From a cyanobacterium endosymbiont of Epithemia turgida isolate EtSB Lake Yunoko (GTDB taxonomy: Bacteria > Cyanobacteriota > Cyanobacteriia > Cyanobacteriales > Microcystaceae): a stretch of DNA of 32,000 nucleotides. This document shows, one piece after another, positions 20,901-28,305 of the stretch. Under the pieces are notes generated by a model. The model had not been told where the DNA came from. It did not search any database and was given only the letters and a program-made list of their open reading frames with translations. Each line of letters starts with the position of its first letter. The first letter of the stretch is position 1. Location: NCBI RefSeq assembly GCF_000829235.1, contig NZ_AP012549.1, positions 1,290,001 to 1,322,000 of the forward strand. Direction: 5' to 3'. The position numbers and the translations under genes were made by a program.

Positions 20901-21362
20901 ACTGAAAATGTGGAGACTTCTCAATTAATTGTTGATGCTTTATCTGCTACATTGAAAGTCCTAGTAGCTTCTTAAAGAACAATGATTTATCGTTGCTAAC
21001 GATAAATATCAGTATTATGAAACAATTTTTAGAGGATCTGGAGTGAGTTATAAGTTTGATATAATCGATGCTGTTTATACTCATGTAACTAACTTTTATT
21101 TAACCAATCCAGAAGTTTTATAATAAAAATTATTTGTCGTATTTTAAAATTTTTAGTATCAATAATAGCTACTTTTTTATAGAGTAATAGTATTATTTTA
21201 TTCTTTAGTTTACTAGTATAAAAAGCAAGAATAGTGGATAAAAAATATGTAATTAGAAAAAATATAATACTTAAAAAATTAGCTAACATAGCCATGACTT
21301 AAATGAACTAAGAAAATATGTTTATTATTAAAACCACTGGAAGAGGTGGATATGGGAATTAA
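17981..21362 (+). pseudogene. fused hydantoinase A/B (5-oxoprolinase-like) pseudogene, colinear but full of stops and frameshifts
   Basis: Ordered remnants on the + strand, all interrupted by stops or frameshifts. 'NAVIQDIRDIMEI' and 'MTTVAANT*LKRKGTHTGLLITTKFKYTLKIGY' (~18115-18303). 'LVANGETKVVDAYLSPILRRHIDRV' (~18601-18680). A 118-codon open stretch (18755-19111) with 'ITFNIGGTSTDVAYF', 'RVPMLRIHIVDIGG' and 'HVGPKSAEVNSEHTCYRHGRLLTVKDANVM'. 'LGIKIIFLHPDVGALSTYGMGLADI' (~19366-19440). 'GITLGSMF' (~20286-20310; family motif PVHLGSM). 'VVTENVETSQLIVDALSATL' (20793-20975 ORF). C-terminal 'TTGRGGYGN*' ending at 21362. Confidence 0.85.
19804..19852. repeat. perfect 21-bp inverted repeat inside the dead oxoprolinase gene
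   Basis: ctaactatcataggtaaaaat (19804-19824) is the exact reverse complement of atttttacctatgatagttag (19832-19852), with a 7-nt loop agtttca. Confidence 0.9.
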
Positions 21363-21454
21363 GAATTGAGAATGTTGAATAACAAATTTTATAGATTAAA
21401 ATATTTTAAGCGAATAAAATGGTAGAATAATAAGCTAATTTAGCTGACTTTGTA

Positions 21455-21796
21455 ATGAACAAAACAATTTTTACCAAAATTATTTGCAAAGAAATTCCTG
21501 CGGATATTGTCTATGAAGACAATATGTCCTTAGCATTTAAAGATATTAATCCTCAAGCACCTGTGCATATTCTAGTTATTCCTAAAAAGCCAATTGCTAA
21601 CCTAGATGAAGGAACTGAAGAGGACAAAACTTTATTAGGCCATTTATTATTAATAGTTCAAAAAATAGCTAGAAAAATGGGATTAGATAATGGTTATCGA
21701 GTTGTCATTAATAATGGTAATGATGGTGGTCAAACAGTCAATCATCTACACTTACATATTTTAGGAAAACGCCAGATGACTTGGCCACCAGGTTAA
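21455..21796 (+). CDS. HIT-family (histidine triad) nucleotide-binding protein
   Basis: 113 aa. N-terminus 'IFTKIICKEIPA' and histidine triad 'VNHLHLHILG'. Confidence 0.92.
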   Translation: MNKTIFTKIICKEIPADIVYEDNMSLAFKDINPQAPVHILVIPKKPIANLDEGTEEDKTLLGHLLLIVQKIARKMGLDNGYRVVINNGNDGGQTVNHLHLHILGKRQMTWPPG

Positions 21797-21809
21797 TTCT
21801 AAATTAAAG

Positions 21810-21856
21810 CAATTTTCCAAGTAGAGTGGGCATTGCCCACTCTACTTGGAAAATTG
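21810..21856. terminator. 47-nt near-perfect palindrome, probable bidirectional terminator between HIT and the dead ABC1 gene
   Basis: caattttccaagtagagtgggca (21810-21832) and tgcccactctacttggaaaattg (21834-21856) form 23-nt complementary arms around a single central T. It starts 14 nt after the HIT stop codon. Confidence 0.6.
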
Positions 21857-22439
21857 GAGTGCGTCCAAATCGATTGCTCTAGAACTGATAGTCTTTAATT
21901 GTTGTCAAACTTTTTTAAATTTAAATTAAAGCAGCGATAAAAACAGTTAACAGCAAGCTACCATAGCATATACACAGATTAAAAAGAAATATTTCTAATC
22001 TAGATACAATAAATATACAAATTGACACGTAAATTTTCGAAACTAGTAGTTTTGACCCTAAATTATTAAGGATATAATCTGCAGTTTTTAATCATTCTTT
22101 TACATGAGATTTAAGCTTTGCTTCAAAAGCAACACCATAAGCTAATCAAATAGACAAACCAACAAAGATCAAAAAATAATACAATTTAGGTAAGTAATAC
22201 AAAAAGAAGATTCAGTAATTAATAATCATCAATTCAACTTATTTTTACATTGATAGGAATAATAGCAGCCACACTTGTATTAGAAAATTTTCGAAAGGTA
22301 TTAATAGCAGTATTAAGTAAGTTTTAAACTTATAACTTACTAATTAAAAAATGTGTTGTACTTTTTATGTATGTAGCTATTTATCTCCGATTAAAAATAA
22401 CAATAACTAACAGCACATATAGCGTCTTTCCTCCGATTC

Positions 22440-23215
22440 AATAAATTTAAATTGTAATTGTGCCATTGGCAGCAAATCAAGTTATTCATCTAACTGCCGA
22501 CGCAGTTGGGGAGATTTTACCGTCAATAATCTTCGGGGAATATGAGGATAAACCATTTCAATAATTTTGAAATTAGGATCAAAACTTAAAGCCAACCCTT
22601 TTTTGATGATTAAAGACCGAATAATCAAGGTAAATTTAGCCGGAGCTCGAAGAAGATATTAATACATGTAACACCAAAAAATTGTCAGTAATAGTTTCGA
22701 AGTTAAAGTTCTCCACATTTTGACCAATTACATTGTCTAGAACCTTTTCCAAAGCAGGAATAATTGGCGTAATATTCGTATTGAGATTTACGAACTCTAG
22801 GTTGATAAAGTACTTAACTCAATCATTGTAATCCCGATGTATCAATTGAACTACAGAATTTACAATGGTTTCCTTAGTCTCTTTTTCTAATTGATACATC
22901 ATGCCAAAGTCAATAAATGCTATACGTTTATCAACAATAGCGAATAAATTCTCTGGATGGAGATCGCTACAAAAACAAACATGTCCTAGAAGTTTGCATA
23001 CTCCTGATATTATCCTAATTTTAACAAAAATATAGAGAGCCCAACCAGCTGCTTTAATTTTTTTTGTGTCTATCAGTTTAATCCATTGATCCATTCTGTA
23101 GTTAAGATTTAGTTGCTAGTATATTGCCAATAAACACAAAGAATTTTTACATCAAGATCATTGTAAAAATTCTAGAAAAAATTTTTTAAGTGTTGGTAAT
23201 GGCATATATATTTTA
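22440..23215 (-). pseudogene. ABC1/UbiB-family atypical kinase pseudogene (boundaries approximate; may extend in both directions)
   Basis: Minus-strand remnants in family order. 'NFYNDLDVKILCVYWQYTSN*ILTTEWI' (~23095-23171). A frameshift at the EWI/IKL junction. The 22819-23094 ORF with 'SDLHPENLF...IAFIDFGMMYQLEKETKETIVNSVVQLIHRDYND' (family motifs HADPHPGN and FIDFGM). 'ITPIIPALEKVLDNVIGQNVENFNFETITDNF' (~22677-22772). An open stretch at 22485-22652, 'RAPAKFTLIIRSLIIKKGLALSFDPNFKIIEMVYPHIPRRLLTVKSPQLRRQLDE*'. Confidence 0.82.
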
Positions 23216-23346
23216 TGCAATGAAGTAAAAAAATGCTCAATTGTATATTTCTTAAAAACGCCTTAAATAAGAAACTAAATAATTCTAAAAAATTAGTAGC
23301 GAACAAAAAAATATGTCTCTTGTATGCCTAGCTTTATGTGTGATAA

Positions 23347-23388
23347 AAATGAGACCCCAAGAGTATCTTTTCTCTTGGGGTCTCATTT
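23347..23388 (-). terminator. GC-containing perfect 17-bp hairpin with a T5 tract on the minus strand (orphan terminator-like)
   Basis: aaatgagaccccaagag (23347-23363) is complementary to ctcttggggtctcattt (23372-23388). On the minus strand the stem is followed by TTTTTATC. No intact gene ends here. Confidence 0.5.
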
Positions 23389-23674
23389 AATCTTGTTTCT
23401 ATGGAACTGGATATTTTTAAAATTACTAATTTTTTTTTGTAATTAAATCAAAGAAAAAACTTAGAAGATCACCCGATGAATAACAGTAAATTTTAAATAT
23501 TAAACTTTTTTAGACAATCCTCATAGTTGGTGTGATCAACCACCATTTAAAAGTGGCAATTGGTTAATTAATTTAAAAGTTATCGAAACTAGTACCAAAC
23601 TTAGAACAATAACTCGTTATGATAGAGATTGGAAATATTGTATAACTTATAGCTTCTAGGAGTCACCATCACCG

Positions 23675-24031
23675 ATGACACGAGCTACTCAAACCCAATC
23701 TAAAGGAATTCAACTTACAGAAACTGCTCTAAAGCATGTTCTGGTGTTGCGCGAACAACAAGGGATGAACCTTTGTTTGCGCGTCGGTGTCCGTCAAGGA
23801 GGATGTTCGGGAATGTCCTATCTGATGGACTTTGAAGACGAAAGCAAAATTACTGAACACGATGAGGTGTTTGATTACGAAGGATTTAAAATCGTCTGCG
23901 ATTGCAAAAGTATCCTCTATATATATGGACTTGTTCTCGATTACAGTAATGCCATGATTGGTGGTGGGTTTCAATTTACTAACCCCAATGCCAGTCAGAC
24001 TTGTGGTTGCGGCACTTCTTTTGCAGTTTAA
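23675..24031 (+). CDS. iron-sulfur cluster assembly accessory protein (HesB/IscA/SufA family)
   Basis: 118 aa. Cys in 'RQGGCSGMSY' and the C-terminal 'CGCGTSF' signature. Confidence 0.9.
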   Translation: MTRATQTQSKGIQLTETALKHVLVLREQQGMNLCLRVGVRQGGCSGMSYLMDFEDESKITEHDEVFDYEGFKIVCDCKSILYIYGLVLDYSNAMIGGGFQFTNPNASQTCGCGTSFAV

Positions 24032-24038
24032 GGCACGT

Positions 24039-24090
24039 CTTCCTGGTTAAAAAAATATCGCTTTTTAGACGTCGTTTTTTAACCAGGAAG
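24039..24090 (+). terminator. 16-bp perfect hairpin just after the Fe-S gene
   Basis: cttcctggttaaaaaa (24039-24054) is complementary to ttttttaaccaggaag (24075-24090), with a 20-nt loop. It starts 8 nt after the stop codon. Confidence 0.55.
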
Positions 24091-24095
24091 AAATT

Positions 24096-24128
24096 GAGAT
24101 AGACACTGTTGGTCTATCTCGTTTATTC
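24096..24128 (+). terminator. second hairpin with T-rich tail
   Basis: gagatagac (24096-24104) pairs with gtctatctc (24112-24120), followed by GTTTATTCT. Confidence 0.45.
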
Positions 24129-24157
24129 TCTATTACCTATAGTATCCATAAATTTTA

Positions 24158-24583
24158 ATGATTGACTCTATTGAAACTTCTTTTGAACAAGGATTAGAAC
24201 GTTATAAACAAGGGGAATCTCCCGAAACACTAATCCCTTGTTTTAAACGTATTTGCGAGCGTACGCCCAAAAATAGCACCGCCTGGACTTGTTTAGCCTG
24301 GCTTTACCTTCTCGTCGATAAACCTGAAAGCGCCCTCAAAGCCGCTAACAAAAGTATTAAAATAGACAACAGACTTCCCCAAGCAAGGATCAACCTAGCT
24401 CTCGCAATGTTAGATATTGGAGCTAAAGGAGTTCGTGGTCATATTGAGGTGGCTGAACGAATGATGTCCCTTGATGACGGGGTTCGTCAAGATATTAGAG
24501 AAAATATTGAAGACGGCTTAGCCCGTAAACCCGATTGGAAAAATCTACAGCGAGTTAAAAATTGGCTGTTCCTTACAGAATAA
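24158..24583 (+). CDS. tetratricopeptide-repeat (TPR)-like protein
   Basis: 141 aa of helical repeats ('AWTCLAWLYLLVDKPESALKAANKSIKID'). The stop at 24581-24583 is 1 nt from the next ATG, which suggests translational coupling with the M48 peptidase. Confidence 0.72.
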   Translation: MIDSIETSFEQGLERYKQGESPETLIPCFKRICERTPKNSTAWTCLAWLYLLVDKPESALKAANKSIKIDNRLPQARINLALAMLDIGAKGVRGHIEVAERMMSLDDGVRQDIRENIEDGLARKPDWKNLQRVKNWLFLTE

Positions 24584-24584
24584 T

Positions 24585-25460
24585 ATGGATTTATCAAGAA
24601 GTCTTTTAATTGGTCTAAAAGCCGATGATTTTCGTCACCCCCTCGATCTTAAAGCTACTACTGCCCTCAAACAACTCCCTGGACTCGACATGGTAGTACG
24701 TAATTTACTGGGGTCAGTAGCTGAACAGTTTTTTTACCTGAATAACATCACTTCAAGTATTCGTGTAAGTAACAGGCAACTTCCAAATCTCCACACTCTG
24801 TTAATAGAAGCTTGTCGTATTCTTGATTTAGAACCGCCTCAACTCTACATCCAACAAAATTCTATTCCCAACGCTTATACCTTTGCCATGCAGGGAAAAC
24901 AGCCTTTTATGGTAATTCACACTTCTTTAATTGAAATTTTGACCCTTGAAGAAATTCAAGGAGTGATGGCCCATGAATTAGGACACCTCAAGTGTGAGCA
25001 TGGAGTTTATTTGACCTTAGCTAACATTCTGGTATTAGCGGCAAAATTATTGCCTAATTGGGGAGTAGCTATTGCTCAATTTTTACAAAGTCAAATCTTG
25101 GAATGGTTGCGTTGTGCGGAATTTAGTTGTGATCGCGCCGCTTTGTTAGCAACTCAAAACCCTAAGGTTGTGATGTCGGTGTTAATGAAATTGGCTGGTG
25201 GTTCTCCGACTATTGCCCCTCAATTAAATCTAGATGCGTTTATTGAACAGGCAAGAGACTATGAAAGAATTAACGACACCTTTTTAGGAGAAATACTCAA
25301 AACAGCGCAAACTGAGCAACTAGCTCATCCAGTCCCCGTATTACGGGCCAAAGAGCTTGATCGTTGGGCGAGTTCTTATGAATATCAGCAGTTGTTAGAA
25401 ACTGGAAAAACACAGTATAATCAGAAGTATGGTGCTAAGGGCGGATGGCGAAACTGGTAG
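24585..25460 (+). CDS. M48-family zinc metallopeptidase
   Basis: 291 aa. Zinc site 'HELGHLKCEH' and downstream 'EFSCDRAA'. The ORF ends at TAG 25458-25460, inside the D-loop of the tRNA-Leu gene. Confidence 0.88.
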   Translation: MDLSRSLLIGLKADDFRHPLDLKATTALKQLPGLDMVVRNLLGSVAEQFFYLNNITSSIRVSNRQLPNLHTLLIEACRILDLEPPQLYIQQNSIPNAYTFAMQGKQPFMVIHTSLIEILTLEEIQGVMAHELGHLKCEHGVYLTLANILVLAAKLLPNWGVAIAQFLQSQILEWLRCAEFSCDRAALLATQNPKVVMSVLMKLAGGSPTIAPQLNLDAFIEQARDYERINDTFLGEILKTAQTEQLAHPVPVLRAKELDRWASSYEYQQLLETGKTQYNQKYGAKGGWRNW

Positions 25461-25520
25461 ACGCACCACACTCAAAATGTGGCGACTTCGGTCATGGGGG
25501 TTCGAGTCCCCCTCTGCCCA
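25439..25520 (+). tRNA. tRNA-Leu (anticodon CAA), type II with long variable arm, no intron, no encoded CCA
   Basis: Hand-folded. Acceptor GGGCGGA/TCTGCCC (one G-T pair) plus discriminator A. D-arm GCG-AAACTGGTAGA-CGC. Anticodon arm CCACA-CTCAAAA-TGTGG. Variable arm C-GAC-TTCG-GTC-AT. T-arm GGGGG-TTCGAGT-CCCCC. 82 nt. Confidence 0.93.
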
Positions 25521-25622
25521 CTCAAAGGACTCGGAAAATTATAAACTTAAATTTTAAAGGATTTGGCTGTGCATGCAATTGGGTTAGATTAGGGAGGAGA
25601 TTAACTTCGATAGGAAGGTAAA

Positions 25623-25667
25623 GGGCAACAAGTTTTCATCCATACCATGGCCTATCGACTTGTGCCC
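25623..25667 (-). terminator. imperfect hairpin after the methyltransferase stop
   Basis: gggcaacaagt (25623-25633) pairs with acttgtgccc (25658-25667) with one bulged A. It lies 6 nt downstream of the stop of the minus-strand gene. The T tail (TTT) is weak. Confidence 0.35.
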
Positions 25668-25672
25668 TGTAA

Positions 25673-26881
25673 TTAAACTTCGGAAGGATTGACGGGAAAA
25701 TAAAACTCCGTTCCTTGGTCAATAAGGTGTTGGTTATTGGACAAAATCTCTTTTTTGAAGTTCCAAGCTAACACATAATAAACATCAGGAAGTTCTGTTA
25801 ATTCCTTCTCTATAATAAGGGGAATATGCATTCCCGGCGAGTAGAGTCCTCGTCGTAGCTCGTTTTTTTCGACTAGATAATCAAGATATTGGGTTCCAAT
25901 TCCGAAGTAATTCAACATAGTATTTCCCTTGACCGGTGCGCCAAATCCCCAGATTCGCTTGCCATCTTTTTTCGCTTTCTCAAGATAAGCTAAGTTATCT
26001 GCTTTCATTTGTTCGATACGCTTAGCAAAATCTAAATAAGTAGATAATTCATTGCTTTTTTCATTTACTTCTGCTCTTCTCATTATGAGGAGGCGATCAG
26101 TCTTTTTTTTAGTTCCTTCATGAGTGACAAATCCGATAATGGAACCGCCGTGAATAGGAGATAAATAAGCATCAAACATTGAGAGTCCATGACGGTTAAG
26201 TAATACTTCAATAGTATTAAGATTATAGTAAAGTAAATGTTCGTGATAAATCTGATCAAAAGCTAGATTGTCAATAATACGTTTCATATAAAGAAACTGC
26301 ACTATAAACACTCCATCTTCATGTAATGCTTCTCGAATCCCTTCTGTAACTGAATGTAGTTCCTCAAGATGAAAAAATACCCCGGCTGCGTTAATAGCGT
26401 GAAACTTACGATCAAGACGTTTAACCACTTCAAAATTAAAGAAATCGTTGAGGGTAGGAACTTCTGCATCATTAGCAATTTTAGCTGTAGTTTTTGATGA
26501 TTCTACTCCTAAAACATTATAACCAAGGGTTTGAAAATGTTTTAATTGTGTTCCATCATTAGAACCAATATCTAAGACAGATTTGTTAGGAGTGTTTTTA
26601 AAAAAGCGATCATCAACTTCATAAGCGACTTTTTTAAAGTGTTCACTTAAGGACTTTGTTACACCAGATAAATAGGTATGATTTCCAAACATAATTTCTT
26701 TCTTAACGGTATAATCAAGTTGGAGAGTTCCACAGTCATGACAATAGAGAACTCGTAAGGGGTAGAAGGGTTCTGTTCCCACTTCTTCAAACTTTAAAAA
26801 ATGATTACACCAAGGTTGATTTCCTAAGTCAATTGCTAATTCTAAGTTACTAGAATCACAGACGCGACAAATAGTATTCAA
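25673..26881 (-). CDS. SAM-dependent C-methyltransferase with N-terminal zinc ribbon (TylCIII-like NDP-hexose C-methyltransferase architecture)
   Basis: 402 aa. Four-Cys ribbon 'CRVC...CHDC', SAM motif I 'VLDIGSNDGTQL', and a long C-terminal domain as in sugar C-methyltransferases. Architecture recalled, not searched. Confidence 0.85.
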   Translation of the reverse strand: MNTICRVCDSSNLELAIDLGNQPWCNHFLKFEEVGTEPFYPLRVLYCHDCGTLQLDYTVKKEIMFGNHTYLSGVTKSLSEHFKKVAYEVDDRFFKNTPNKSVLDIGSNDGTQLKHFQTLGYNVLGVESSKTTAKIANDAEVPTLNDFFNFEVVKRLDRKFHAINAAGVFFHLEELHSVTEGIREALHEDGVFIVQFLYMKRIIDNLAFDQIYHEHLLYYNLNTIEVLLNRHGLSMFDAYLSPIHGGSIIGFVTHEGTKKKTDRLLIMRRAEVNEKSNELSTYLDFAKRIEQMKADNLAYLEKAKKDGKRIWGFGAPVKGNTMLNYFGIGTQYLDYLVEKNELRRGLYSPGMHIPLIIEKELTELPDVYYVLAWNFKKEILSNNQHLIDQGTEFYFPVNPSEV

Positions 26882-28305
26882 GTTAATTTTCTCTCCTAAG
26901 TTAATCTAGTCAACAATGATAGTTTATATCAAAGGTTGATAACTAGGCTAATCAACAACCAAATTATAATTTTTGTGAATTGATTTCATTCATTTGTGCT
27001 AACTATTCTCTATATAAGAGAACCATTAATAACATACTACTAGCTAAATATTTTTATCTTCTTTATAGTTTTATATAATGAAAGCAAATGCAGTTTATAG
27101 TTAGGAATACAAAGATATATATCTACCTAACACTAAGATTTTAACTGGATTAATAGCTACTAAATAAATAGACTCTTGATATATGTTGTTCGTTCCAATA
27201 CCAATGATTAAACTCATTAGGGGAATCGCAAGAGATTTCAATATTATAGATTCCAATAACTACACCAGACTTTAGCATACGAAAAATAACCATAATGAAA
27301 ACGCTAACATCAGAGTTGATAAAAAAGCGGTGACCAGCATCAATCAAGAGAAAACCTCCTGATTATAATTTTTAAAAAATAGATAAATGACAAGTTTATA
27401 AGCCTTTACGGCTCTCTGATTACAGACAGCATCAATTTCTCCATGAGGATAAAGTTTAGATAGAAAAATTGAATTCTATAAATTATGGTAATTAATGGCT
27501 TTAGCAGTAAATTATGTGTACTAAAGCAGTATCAGAAGCATTTAATAGTATTTTTAATTAGCATGGATTTTTTGGGTTTGATATATTTAAGCTTAAGATT
27601 TATTTCTTAATAAAAAAGTTTAAATAAATTAAAATTTTCGGTATTTTTACAGTAATTTTCTAAGTTCTTCTGAAAAACTTTACTTTACTCCGGATGGAGA
27701 GAGTTAATCTAGTTATAACGAGGTTTATAATCTCTAGATAGTGGATATTTTAATACTATATAATATTTTCTCGTATAGTAATTCAGTATAGTAATTATTT
27801 CTTCTAGAGAATATCAAAGAATTATAGATTTTTGACTGTAAGCAATATTACTATATTGTCATATAATGTAGTCTTTTAACTGGTTAATTGAATATTAAAA
27901 TTAATTATTAGATTATTAAATTTTATTATTTTTATTATCAATATATATATTTTTTTTATTGATTATTTTTTCTCTTTTTGATTACCTTATCATTCTTCTT
28001 TGTCAAGGTTAAAAAACTAAGTCTATACTAATTATTCTCATCTTAAAAGATATTTTATTAAATAAATAATCAACTGCGAAATCAATAATGTCTAAAGGTT
28101 AATCTTAGTTAGTACCATCATTTTATAATTGAGTATCTGCCAAATTTAAGATGGCAAAAAAACTTAAACCTATAACTTAAACGGATTTAACTTAATAATA
28201 ATTTTAATAACGAATAAATTATGATAAGTTCGAATAATTGTTTAATTAGGCTTTCGTACAGTTAGTGTTAACAATGTTACATAACAAGTTCGATAGAACC
28301 AAAAT

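Noticed and set aside
23729-23974. 81-aa antisense ORF within the HesB/IscA gene
   Set aside because: Shadow ORF. The sense frame has the CGCG signature.
25439-25520. Group I intron, as found in cyanobacterial tRNA-Leu
   Set aside because: That intron interrupts tRNA-Leu(UAA). This gene has anticodon CAA and folds as a continuous 82-nt cloverleaf.
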